A stretch of DNA of 64,000 bases. Source: Antedon mediterranea. Its lineage: Eukaryota; Animalia; Echinodermata. The notes beneath the pieces are model-generated. The model was not told the DNA's origin, did no database searches, and worked only from the letters and a program-made list of their open reading frames with translations. Below, in pieces: positions 38,801 to 52,000 of the stretch. Positions within the stretch are counted from its first letter, which is position 1. Every line of letters begins with the position of its first letter. Position numbers and translations under genes: made by a program. The stretch lies in NCBI RefSeq assembly GCF_964355755.1, contig NC_092676.1, forward strand, positions 21,470,871-21,534,870. The letters are read 5' to 3'.

Positions 38801-41800
38801 GTTTGATTTAGAAAGATTAAAGTGATGACGTAAAAATAATAAATTGAATGATGTCTGAATGTGACTCATGTGCGCTTGTTTTTTGTGACCCTTGGGGAAA
38901 CTCAAGCAGACAACAAAACTCTGACTGACATGTAGCCGGGTCCCGCCAAAATCATGCATGACTCACATCTCGTGATGCTTTTCCTGAGGGTTAATTTGAT
39001 ATTATTGTTGCTAGAGGCAGCAACACGTTTTAGTTTGACTGGGGAAAGATTTCTTTTTTTTTCACTGCCTAATCCGATAGGTTCTACAACACAAATCGAT
39101 TGCTTCCCAACACGGAAGTTTCTTGATGTTGTAAGTACAAGAACTCTACACAATCCGGCGGTGATGTGTCAGTAAAACAAAATTAACTGAATAGGTTTTA
39201 ATGGCAGTGCTGGTCATTCTCAAAGCAAAAAAGTGGGTTCATGTTTAATCAATGTAGTACCCTTATAATATATCTTTAAAATGCTAAGAATTAATATAAA
39301 ATTGATGTAAAAGAATTACAAAATTTAGATTTTTATTCCTATACATAATATCATTTCCTGTATTTAATAAATCCAAGCTGTAATATTGTATAATAGTTGT
39401 ATATTCTTTATCAATTTGACCTTATTTTGGACTAACGCCAAGATGTGAATTGTTCTTACTTTACAACCATTCTAAATAATTCGAACTCATATATTAAATT
39501 ATTGAAAGACGGATAGTAGTTTTAAGAAGTCAGAAAATACCGCTGTTAAACATTTCCAAATGCATTTTACATTATTACCATTTATTATTAATTTGTAGAA
39601 TTAGATAGAAAAATGGAATTAAAATTAAAGAACACTGCAGTATTTGTTTCAACATGTTAATTTTTACTTTTCTAAGCAGTATTAGTCATTGTATACTGTA
39701 ATTTACCTCCGCCAAGGAGGTATTATGTAATCGATCACGTGTGTTTGTTTCTTTGTTTGTTTGTTTGTTAGCAGGATACTCAAAAAGTAATTACAAGATC
39801 TTTAAGCCTACCAAAATAAATATACAGATAGATATGTGGTCTAAATCACAAATAGCATTAGGACACACACAAATATATACAGTATATATATTTTTTTCCA
39901 GGAGAAATTGATGATTGCGCTTTGAGTTTTTAAAAAGACGCTATATGATATTGCCAATGCTGTTGATGTTTATTATTGATTTCGTTTCTTCCAATTTTCT
40001 CTTTTAATGAGTTATTGAACAATTTAATGACATTTGTTACTAATACTAATATTTCTTGTTTGAGTACACGAAGAAAGTTTATAATTTCTGATATAGGCCT
40101 AACGCGCCAAAAGACATGTTGAGACAAACAAATTATTTCTACGAAAACTATTATCTATAATCTACTGTTCAGAAATATTATTCTTTATTGTATTATCAAG
40201 TGCGTGGTTTTGAATTATATCCAACATCTGTAACAAACTGATAACATTCACGTGAACATAACGTATCCCAGGATATGTATGCAGGAATTTTAAAGATAAC
40301 AATCATGCTGGATGTTTACAATAGAACTATTTAATGGGTACGTACCTTAAGCTCTGTCCACACTATCAAAATGTATGTGACAAAAAATGTGACGTGCCTA
40401 TATATATTAACATGATGATATAATATCACTACCATATTTGAATATATCACTACCATATTTGGGCACATCACATTTTTTTGTCAAACTATAATATTGATAG
40501 TGTAGACAGAGCTTAATGAACAAAGCATTGCATTTATTGCCCAGATTCCCTTAAAAGAGAGTGTCCCATTAATTATAAGGGGGTATCTGAATAGGGTGTC
40601 CCAGAGGAGTGATTCTTCAATAATTCTTTAATAGGTTATTTACTTTTGGAATCCGTACAAACAAGCTGTAGCTTGGTTGTTAACGTGCTTGCCTTCCAAT
40701 ACCAAGGTCCGGGGTTCAATCCTGATCTATAGTGCCAGCAACTCTTTAAATTCAATTTCACCCCACCACCGGACCGAATCTGGGTTCAGTGTGAATGCAA
40801 ATTTTATCGTATAATGTGTTCGTAATAATTATGCATCAAACGAGTAATGTAATCAATACTCTTGCTTTTATTTTACGTCTAAAACCAGTGATCGATTCAT
40901 TCTATTCCAATTTTTACTTATTTGTTGTTACTTAAGTGTTTCGTACTAGCTAATTATGATTCTATCTCCTATTTTAGTGTTTCGTCTCTTTCTGTTCGAT
41001 GCCGTGGCGTTCCTCAGCACATTTTTAAACTTAAACGGAAACATAAAGATCTTATATTAAACTTAAATTTGGCTTGAATCACAAAATAATGAAGACGGTG
41101 TATTTTTGCCAAGTCTCCGTTTAGATTTCTCAAGTTAACAGTATAGTCTGCTGTTATAGTTAATACATTTGGGGCTGATGTCTCGAGTGATTGAACACTA
41201 ATTTCAGATTAGAAACAATATACGTCGCCTGTACTAACCAACAACATTCTTATACTACATAAATACATAATAAGTTATATGAACAGTATTCCAAGCTAGG
41301 ACAGTGAGTTAATTTCGGAAAATCAACATTGTTTTCTCGGATTAATCAAATAATATTTTTTGTTTATCAACTGTGAACATTTCAAAATTTGTGAATCTAC
41401 AATGATATGATCATGATCGCAAATAACCGGATTAAATAAAATGTTTTTGATTCAAATGCACCAACAATCTGATCTCTAATGCTTGGTTTCTACTAGAACG
41501 CAACGCAAGGACGTAAGCCGTAACGCAAGCGAATTGACCAATCACAAGGAACGGTTCAAATAATCCATCGCTTGGATTGGTCAATTCGCTTGGGTTGAGG
41601 CTTACGTCCTTTCGTTGCGTTCTAGTGGAAACTAAACTTTATTCTTATATCCACTTTCACAAAAACACAAATCAAGTTGGTATACATTGACGAAACCTCA
41701 CGTAAATAGGCGACCACCTCACGTAAGCGGATACTTTCACGTCCGCACATTTCACGGAGTCCTGAAGACTAGGGTTTCTCAATTATTTTCCAGTCAACTG

Positions 41801-42766
41801 TAAATTATTATTTTTTATTGAGCAACCGTATTTTCCCCCTTACTTTTTGGGTGGCCGATTATGCATAGGCTATGCGTCGAGGGATGCTGCTTACGATACC
41901 AGGGCACTGGTTAGGAATAACTAATAGACTTTTCGATTGTGCCCATTGTGAGAGGTTGCAGATAAGCTTAATAAGTGAAAGGAAAAATACTCGGTCGTGT
42001 AATATATACGTTTGTTATGATATACATTATCCTTCTTTCTTCTAATAGCCTAAATTTAAACTAACCAACTTTACGGTATCGGTGATGACTGTATGTTTAT
42101 CCGGACTAATCCCACTTTCATTTTTGTATATTCTTCGTTACCAATAATCGGACGAATATGAATCCAGAGAAGTGATTCATCCATTGATGACAAAATATTA
42201 GGCCTATCGTGGATTTACCTGTTTTACGAGACTACCGGTCTTACATGTTAGTGAAGTACAGCTAAATAAGGCGTCCTGAGCAAGATTTAGTAGGCCTAAC
42301 CCGATCACAGTATAACTGTATGCAAATATTCGTGAACAGAGATAAAAACAATAATTCGTACGTCATATGTGCTTGCTCCTTTGGGCCTAGGCCTAATTTT
42401 TTTACTGTTTAACATTTATAATGAAACATCAGTAGCAACATATTAGGACTATGAGGACGAGGTTCAGGTCTGATTGAAGTGACACTCTTAATTTAGGGAA
42501 TATCTCACTATATATAAAAACGTTTTTAACAAGCACAAGTAACATATGTTTGTGTAAAAGAAGTTAGAATAGAAGTATACGAGTTAAACGATATGACCCT
42601 TGGCAGCTACACATGTCCCCACTAAAATTGACGTCTAATAAGAGTTTGTTAGGCCTATACTTCACTAAATTAGTTTATGTATTTAATTTGATTCAAGATT
42701 CACTTACCTGTTTATAACCAGAAAAACAAAGAAAATAGAGCCAGTAGATATCCATAATCGTTCCAT
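35871..42766 (-). CDS. IGFBP-N (IB) domain secreted protein, unit B (~269 aa) with Ser/Asp-rich tail; exons 42766-42708, 37904-37757, 37627-37468, 36313-35871
   Basis: Signal-peptide exon MERLWISTGSIFFVFLVIN(S) with AG|GTAAGT donor, then VSAFILPRSNKFRCSLCEEKDMLRCVDLKCPPGSTPVLDTCGRCKICGK|TENEECGGVCGMFGFCSDGLEC...GRC, then a Ser/Asp-rich terminal exon. Intron positions and phases match unit A. Confidence 0.85.
37169..37465 (+). mobile_element. tRNA-derived SINE in intron 3 of IB-domain unit B
   Basis: GGGCGTGTGGTGCAATG A box, GTTCGAATCC B box, CTTAGGCAAGATACTT...CTCTTCATCCAGGTATATAAAT core, and an AAGCGCTATAATAAA...(TATTA)n tail ending at the splice donor. Confidence 0.7.
39704..39930 (+). mobile_element. 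Second Helentron/DINE-like family fragment
   Basis: TACCTCCGCCAAGGAGGT hairpin followed by (GTTT)n and GTTAGCAGGAT, the same architecture as above. Confidence 0.55.
40350..40513. mobile_element. Short palindromic MITE family (copies also at 46474-46592, 52810-52946, partial ~16890-16995)
   Basis: TIR AGCTCTGTC(T/C)ACACTATCAA / TTGATAGTGTAGACAGAGCT with TTA/TAA flanks and an internal AAAATGTGATGTGCCC...GGGCACATCACATTTT palindrome. Confidence 0.8.
40667..40790 (+). mobile_element. tRNA-like SINE head
   Basis: GTAGCTTGGTTG A-box-like and GGGTTCAATCC B-box-like motifs; no cloverleaf closure. Confidence 0.45.
41481..41637. mobile_element. Near-perfect hairpin MITE (related copy ~51022-51135)
   Basis: GCTTGGTTTCTACTAGAACGCAACGCAAGGACGTAAGC...GCTTACGTCCTTTCGTTGCGTTCTAGTGGAAACTAAAC; about 65-bp inverted arms. 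Confidence 0.75.
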
Positions 42767-42879
42767 TGCTACAATAATAATAATCAATGTAAAGTAATAA
42801 TCAACTTAAAGTAAAGTTTCTAAAACAAAGGCTGTAAACAAAATGAAAGAATACAGTAAGACAGTTTCATATTCAACAC

Positions 42880-42975
42880 CGTTGAACGCGTGTCGTGATT
42901 GGCTGAGTGTTCACCCCAGCATCTGAAAATGAAAACTTGGCTTCTGTGTGGCGTAACGTATCTTCCGCCGGATAA
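42880..42975 (-). promoter_or_regulatory. Putative proximal promoter of the IB-domain gene (CCAAT box, local CpG cluster)
   Basis: GATTGGCTG (CAGCCAATC on -) about 130 nt upstream of the ATG at 42766, in a CpG-containing patch. Confidence 0.35.
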
Positions 42976-45900
42976 ACATCCGTATATAGTACTGAGAATT
43001 GCACAATTAACCATTATATATGTATTCTTGGAAAATAGGTGATAGGTATTTATTAAAATTATAGTTTTAATACGTTACGTTTTTTATTTATTTATTTATT
43101 TATTCGGTATATAAAAATATATTACAAAACGACAGTCAAGGACTGAAATGAAATGTATTACAAATGACTAAAAATTAGTTAAAATTGCTATAAAAATAGA
43201 AACATCTTAATAAAATTAGATATCGTACCATACAATTAAAAACATACATGAATAAAAAACCTTAAAACATTCACTTATTACATATCTAAAAAAGAGCTAG
43301 TGGTGCCTATTGTTAATTCTTTATAATCTACACTGTTTTAATTACAATACATGTGACGTAACTCTTTTCTACTATCTAATCAAATCACGATAAAGTTATT
43401 TCCTTATTTAGAAGAAAGCGCAAAACGAACGAGAACAATACTATTATATTGGATGATAATATATTGTAATCATAATAATGTTAAGGCCAGTAGCAGAGTT
43501 TCATACGAACTTCTGAATATTAAAGTTTTAAAATGAAATAAATGATTTATATATTGACAATTGTTCATAGGCCGATTTAAATACAGATTTTGTATAGCTC
43601 ATATTCAGTCAGCTATTCTTCATTGTTTCAACATGTTCTAAATGTTCTTATTATTTAGGCATACGACTTTTATAAAATAACGATTACAGTATGTGGGCGG
43701 GCTTATATAAAAAATAAAGAAATATTTAAAGCAATAATAAATCCTCACTGTGTATACGGTAACTGCTTTCAATATCAATTTCCAGCCATCTTTTAAGATG
43801 ACTAAAATGATAGATATCATTTAGCAATTTCTACGAATTGTAATTGATGAACCAGGATGTTTATCTTTAGTGTTATTTCCTACATAACTAAATTGCATGA
43901 TAACAAGACATACGATCTTGAGGCAGCTGTCATCATCAGTGTGACACCACGAAAGAAACTTTGATTGATACTCTTCCTCACCCACTCCTCCCTGTCCATT
44001 TCTATTTGTGTGTAGGCCTAGATATAAACTCTCAAAGGACTGACCATTCCTTTTTGTGTTAAAATGACAGCCCTTACGCTGTCATTGTCATCATTTGTTT
44101 CATAACAACTAAACTGAACGAGTGTGCTCTAAGATTCTATTGTCATGAGAATTGTGAACGTGTTTAAATATCCCACTGTTAATTTGATAGGCTACATACT
44201 CGGGGAGGGAATGTAAACCCGGGGGCCTAATTCATCATATTCCTCTAGTCTTAGTGATAGTCGAACACTTACTGACATATCTTTTTAATATTACAATACA
44301 AATCTATTTTAGGCAGTGTATTTATTAAAATCGATATAATAATAGTACAGGAAAACTATGAAATAGGCCTAATGTTAAAAAAAATTGCAACAGAATTCAT
44401 TTCACCACAATAAATTTCTATAATGTCCCTATTATGAGCATACTAAAAGTCTAGAAAAATCCAGGTAGGTATTATTATACACAATATTGTATATATTATA
44501 ACACATTTCTATTTGTAATTGAATTGATGACAGGATCTACAATGTATCAAGCATTTTGATATCATTTTTACTGCATTTTATCATTATCGAGGACGGTGCC
44601 GTGTGAGTGGAGTTAACAATGCCACTAGTTTGCACGCAATGCTTGCGCCAAGCTAAATACGCCGTACATTGTGAACCTGACATTAGAAATGCACTCTGTG
44701 TTCCATGATTTAAATCTATTATAGTGTATGGCCGGCTCAGTTTCTCAAATCTTGACATGATTATAAGTAATTATTTTAAATTAATAGTATATTTTTACCA
44801 ATATGTTATTGATCATAGCTATACAACATTATTATCTTGCTTGTGAGACACTTTGTGTAAAAGTAAATTGGCAAACAGGTAAAAGTGCGTTACATTTTAC
44901 TTAAATGTTGTTTCCTTTGCAGACGTGACGCGTTTCCCGGCGTCATTATTGACAATTAGTCAGCGAACCATTGCAAGCAACTTTCACCCTTTGCGGAAAA
45001 TAATGTGTACAGTATAATGTAGACTACAGAAAAATGTTATATGATCGTGTGGAGGCGGAAGTTTTTCTGTCTCTTAGATCATCGGTTATTTTGGACCCCT
45101 GATTTCAATTAGGCCTATCGTGGAGTATGGGCCTATGCGCGTATTCCTACTGACCAGTCATATAAGGCTTGGACTAACTTGGACAAGCCTACAGGCCTAA
45201 TCTCAATTGATTTAAATATAAAAATGAATGTGAAGAGAAGGAAGATAGGATGTACTGCTCCTCCTAATCCTATCTGTCATGTACACTAATATCCTATATC
45301 AGACTATTTCTCATTAGGCCTACCATAATTTTAACTTGCATGGGTCTTCTTTTGGACTCTTTGTTGGTTTTTTTTTACGAGATGGGCTTATTTTCGAAAT
45401 TGGCATCGCAAAGCAATGAGAAGGATTCTTTTTGAGATTGGACTCATTATTTTCGAAAAGAAGCCCATGAGCTTCATGTCGAATCCTTCTAACTGGATTT
45501 ACTAATATTTTACGTACGATAGAGGGCGTGATCTGACACAGCTGATCACACAACCTTTTAATTGTGTTGTTTGTAAACATTGTTGAGCGACGATCGAGTG
45601 GTAGCCTAGGCCTAGGCCTAGCTTAATAATTTCTTTTTTATAGCTTACCATTTAAATGGAAACGTTTGGCGATAATCATCATCCAACGGAAGTGTCTGAT
45701 ATCTTTACTGATCCATTATTGTTGTAAAAAATGACATGACAATTATAATCGAACCACCCGAAAATCTCTAACTAGTAGGCTAGCCCACAAAATTGAATGT
45801 GTGTACGAGCGTTCATGAACACATTAAGAGAGTGCAATCCGATGTCTTGTGCGCACTACAGGATATCATTTACGGCATCCTCATTTACTACCTAGGCGAT

Positions 45901-46056
45901 CACTATTGCAAGGCTAAAGTTCATTAAACTTATTACTTAGACTTTACTTATCGTAAATGACTTATGAAAATAACTACTGCAAGAACAATAATTATTAGAT
46001 GATAATGTATATACTTTCTTTAGACTAAACAGTACAGTATTATTACATGAAATAAA

Positions 46057-49000
46057 ATGGACATTAATATTGTAAGAAAGTTAAGAAATCGCCAGTTTCA
46101 GGTGAGTAATAATAACCAAAAGCAGGCTGATTACTATTAAGATCGATCATCACAATTAATTCAAATAAATGTTTAGTTAAAAATATTTATTTATTCTTAA
46201 TCTGTATGAATCTCTTACCAGACCAGAATAACCGATATATAGGCCTATATATCTATTTGCTGTTTTTACACATACTATTTACAACAAAACCAAACAAAGT
46301 TTTTTTTGTTTTATGACAGGCAAAGGACCATACTGACTTCCAGCGAACACAGCAAGTCACTTCAAAGCTTGTCAGTCGGCTTGGTCTGGAGAAAGAGCTT
46401 GAGGTTAGTCGAAGAAGTTAGAAGTTCTTCTTGGTGTACATCAACTCATACTTCTTCTTTTGTATTGATGTTTAGCTATGTCTATACTATTAAACAAGTT
46501 TGACAAAAAAAGTGTGATGTGCTTAAAATCATCATGTCCATTATATTGGCATATCACATTTTGTCACATAAGTTAATAGTGTAGACAGAGCTTTAATGTA
46601 CTGTACACTACTACAATATGGTAAAGATTGTTGTCATTGCCTCATCCATCATCTTTCTAAATATCCAAACATGCAGCATATTTAACATCGTCCTGTGAAA
46701 CACATTATTTTGCCCCTCCTAATCCATCCATTCACATGTATAAATCATTATCATCCAATTTATTCCATCATCATCATTGTCTCAAAAATATCGTCCTCAT
46801 CTGCATTATCCACAAACTTGACTCATGATCCCATCATCCCATCCCAACCAGTTGTGTAACGGCTATGAGCGCTCAATGGCTAAACCCTAGTGGCCTGAGA
46901 GCTTAAGAGGCGCAAGAGCATAAGCAGTTACTAATGCAATTACTCAGCATTGGAAGGGCCCTTCTGAGTGCCAACCGAGGGGCTGCTTATCCTATCATTT
47001 GATTCATCTCATCTAATAGATATCAATTCATCATTAATTATCTTCCATCATCCACCATCAACATTTTTGTGTTGGAGAAACAAATTAACTACTGGTATTT
47101 ATATTTCAGGGTCACTCAGGATGCGTCAACTGTTTAGAGTGGAACTCAAAAGGAACGTAAGTGCTTTGATCTCAAGTTACAGTAGTTTCATTTCAGACAT
47201 TTTTCCAGTTTTTTGCCAACCAACACAATTAAACCATCAAAGAAACCTTTTCCTAATGTTTTGTTGTCCCCAACCACCCATAACTTCTTGATACCCATTC
47301 CTATACTACAGCTACATATTATCTGCCTTCCCCTTTTGAAGGGATCCTACATTTTACATACACACAGTAAATTGCTTACTAAAAAAATAGCCCTGATAAC
47401 CACATAGCGTCTGTCACTGTTTAATGAATATGTATAATATTTTTGCATTGAATTTATTGAAATATGGGCCAAAATGTTTTATTCTATTTTCAGGTTATTG
47501 GCAAGTGGTTCCGATGACTTGGAAACAATTATATGGAATCCATTTATTCACAAAAAGTTAGTTACTATTAAAACTGGTCATCATGGAAATATATTTTCAA
47601 TAAAGGTAAGGAATAGCGAGACTGCCATTTAAATGTAAAAACAATGCCTATGAGAGTAAAGTATCTATAGGATACAATCAAAGCACAGACAGAATCAACC
47701 CCATGCCTATGACAGGCTAGTCCGATTCCCTTATCATTACAACATCACTATCACTTTCACCCGATGCTACATTCCCAGACGTCTCCTATCCAATAACGTA
47801 ACCAGGCCCAACTTTGTTAACATCAGATGAGACTCAGTGTTTCTATGCAGTATGGCCATATCATCATTATCATATTTTTTTTATACAGTTTTTACCAGAT
47901 TCAGATGATAACATTGTGGCAACATGTGCAGCTGACACTAAGGTGAGAATTCATGATGTAAGCCGAGGGGAGACAACACAGTCTTTTAGTTGCCATGCAG
48001 GCCGTGCAAAGAGGCTAGCAACGGCCCCAAACACTCCGTACATGCTGTGGAGTGCTGGAGAGGATGGAACAATAAGGTAGGGGGTTGTTTTCTCAAACAA
48101 ATCAAATTCTTCGTATGTTTCAACATTATGGCCTACCCCCATTCGGGACACTTTGTTGGGTCCAAAAGGTTAACATGGGTTCTACTGAATAATGTGTACA
48201 CACATCATTAGATTTTTGGGCTATGGTATTCTAAAAGAACAGATCCTTGCAGTGTCCAAGGTAAACATTATAAAAATTCAGTACCATTTTTTTCAATATA
48301 CATACACTGCTGTATACATTATCCAGGATTTTGAAATTGTGAGAGGGCATACTAAAGCAACCCCTAACCTATTGGTTTCCAAGCTTTGTCTTTTCAACAA
48401 AAACAATTTACAACTGTATACAGTACTGTGACCATTGGAAAATTGAAGATGTTTGAAAATGGAGACCAAAAAAATGGCAGTGTAGAGAATTCTCTTGTAT
48501 CTGTTTTTTTCTAAGCTGGTTAATATTATAATCACATATTTCTGTGTTCTTTTTTCAGGCAATTTGATCTTCGCATGCAGCATACATGCGGAGATAGTTG
48601 TGAGAATGTTCTGATCAATTTAAATACATACATTGGGAATCATGCAGAGTGTAAATGCTTGGCCATCAACCAATACAGACCTGAGTTGCTTGCTGGTAAT
48701 GTGCTTTAACCACTCATTGGTTTTAACAACTCTTAGACTAGATCCATTTCTGAAAAAATTGATCAAAGAATGTATTAAAAAGGGCAATGGAATAATGTGT
48801 TACGGTACATTTTTAGGAAAAAAGTGGTATGAATTTTTCGGTTAATTTGGTTATGGTGAATTCCACAACCTATGGATACCAAAAAAAATGTTTGCATCTT
48901 GTGTAAATTTACATAAAAATACATTTGATTTCAAAATCTTTACTTTTTAAATACATGTCATCATTATTATCCATTTTTATTTTCAGTTGGTGCTAATGAT

Positions 49001-52000
49001 CCATATGTTAGGCTGTATGATGTCAGAATGCTCTCTCCTCATTCAGTGCGTTTTTCCGGAGATGAAAGACATGAATCCCCATGGCAGACGCCAGCACCAG
49101 ACCCAGATGCCCAAGGCAATTTACCTGATGGGTGTGTGCAATATTTTGTAGCTGGTGAGAACATTCTAGAATATCAATCAGATAGTGTGGATAATTAATA
49201 ATACATTTTCATGTTTACCAGTCTAATAAATGGCACTATTAAAGAAACAATTCTGGGACATATTTACAACTACCCAACAGACCCAGAGGATAGTTGTCTT
49301 GAAGAGGTAGTTTTCTTACAGGGGTAGCTTTCCATGAGGTTATCTTAACTTTGGTAGCTATCCAGAAGGTACTGACTGTCTTAAAGGAGGTAGCTGTCCA
49401 GGGGGTAGATGGCTTAAGAGGTATCTGTCCAAAGGGTAGTTGCCTTGAGTTAGCTGAACAGAGGGTAGTTGTCTTAATTTTTTAGGGCTGTCCAAAGATG
49501 TATTTGTCTTTTAATAGTGGGTACTGTAACTGCCTTATTTGCTGGTTGTTGGTGGAAAAGTAATTTTCTGGCCATTTGTTGCCCATACACAGAATATATG
49601 CCACACAACAGCCACAAAAATATAACTGGAGAATAATAATATCAAATAATAATTGATTCAAAATCAAGAATAACTATTAATATTTTATTAACTTTTTAGC
49701 CCATTTGCCTTCAAAAGAGGAAGTTAGAAGAAGACGTTACCCATCTCTAGTTTCAACGTATGTAACATTCAGTCCAAACGGAAAGGAGATACTCGTTAAT
49801 TTGGGCGGTGAACAAGTTTATTTATTTGATATAGTGCAACAGAACGAACCAAAGCGGTTCAGAATTGGGGATTATGTACTACACAATAATAATGGAATGT
49901 GTATAGGTAAGTTTTGAGTTGGGTAGTCAAGTGGTTAGGACACTTGACTGTAGAGAGAGAGACCCGGGTTCATTTCCTGACAACTCCCAGTCCACTCAGC
50001 TGTAAATGAGTACCTCAGTAAAAATACTAGGGAGAAAAAGGCGGTGTGGAAAGGAACTGGCCACCCTACCACATAATGCCCAGGCTTAGTATAATGAGTT
50101 CCTAACAGCTCATTTCCCTACGTTCAGAATGAACACGTGACTCGCCTTACTTACCATAGGTAAGTTTATGTATATTTCTGCAATTATAAAATAGCAATCT
50201 AAATTTTTGCAAAGGTATATTTCAATACTTTATACTTACCGTAAATCTTCTAATAGTAACCCCCCACCCCCTCTAATAGTAACCCCCCTTCTATTAGTAA
50301 CCCACCTTATAAGTCAATCTATAATAATAACCCACTACTCTAATAGTAACTTATGGGGGTTAATATTAGAGTCACAAAAAAATATTGACAAAATGACATT
50401 TATGAAGACTGGTCGATCGTTTATGATGCAGCCATATTTTGAAAATAAGTAGATAATGCATGTTGATCTCGCAAGTGTGGAGGATTGAGTTTATAAAATA
50501 AAGTTAGAGTTCAAACAAATTTATTTATTTGTACTGTTTTATTATTTGGGGTGGGTTACTATTTTCAGGTGCCTAATTTAAGATTAGTAATAGTAACCCA
50601 CTACTGTAATAGTAACCCCCCTTCTAATAGTAATTCCCACCCTAAAATACAATAAAAGAATAATAACCCAGAGTTACAATTAGAAGATTTACGGTATTGT
50701 TTCAGATGTGTCTAATTCAATGGCAGAAGCATTATCATCAAATGGGACATCAGTTCACTCGTCAAATGGTTTTACAAAAAGTATTGCGTCAAACAGCAAG
50801 ATGAAACTAAACTTGGATAATAATGTAACGTCTACATCAGCTATAAGGTAACTAAAACTGGACACTTTTGGGCTGGCCCACAATATATCGTTTTTTGTAA
50901 AGTCGAATTGTTTGTTTTGCATAGGAAAAAGTTTGGAACTTTAGTATTACCTGAAAATATTCAGATTTTAGTGATTTGACCTTTCATTAGCAAACTATCA
51001 GTATTTATTTATTTATCGATAAAGCTTGTTTCACACTAGAAACTCAATGCAAGGATGTACGTGCACCATAAGTGATGTGGCCAATCACAAGCGATGGATT
51101 AATCAAATCTTGCGTTTTTAGTGGGAATCATGCTTTAAAAAAACAACTCAACTCAAATGATGGAAATTTCAATAAATTATTTTTGGATTATTAACTGAAT
51201 TTCCTTGTTTGTCTGATAAAATAACCGATGTACAATGTTGCTGCTTAGCCACAATGCTATTTCAGAAGTATGCCTAGACTAGCCAACTGAGTGTCAGAGC
51301 TTTGATGCGCATATAGTGAGTGACCAGAAATAACTATTGTTGTACGCAATTATTTAACTACTGTACAAGTTAATCTCTGATCGGGTATTAACAAGTGAGA
51401 CGTAGTGATTGACACCGCTGCGTCCGGTGGAAACATAGCTTTAAGAGATGCTAATCATTTTAGAGTAGGTTTTACTTTTCACACCAACATGAAGGCATCC
51501 CTACTTAATTATTCATTATCTATATTTTTACTGTAGGTCATGTCTTCCAGCAAAAGAAACAAAAGAACTGCCAGCAAAAGCAGAGTCCTTGAAGCTGAGA
51601 GCAAATAAATTCTACTGTGAGAAAAAAGATTACACAAATGCAATACGTCTGTACAATGAAGCCTTGTCAATCGCACCGAACAGCCCCATACTGTATGCCA
51701 ACAGGGCAGCTGCCTATCAAAGGCGGAAATGGTTAGTTAGAGAGAAGGTCCAGGTTTATAAATTCTGTTTATTAACTATGCTATAATAGAGAGCGATTTA
51801 CAAAACACGACGGGAAGCCACAGTATGGAGCTTATAAATAGTTTATGCATGAGCTTTAACGAAGGACCCTGCGCCACGAGAAAGGGAAGGGAGAGAGAAA
51901 CTGCCGGTTGTTATCTTTGCCCTAGAGTGCGTAACTCATAAAAACAACTATGTTGATTGTACAGTATATGATTTTACGCTCTAGCAGGATATTCGTCGTC

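Noticed and set aside
38902-39175. Overlapping 73-83-aa ORFs in the first intron of IB unit B
   Set aside because: No recognisable domain, and no splice sites giving a consistent model.
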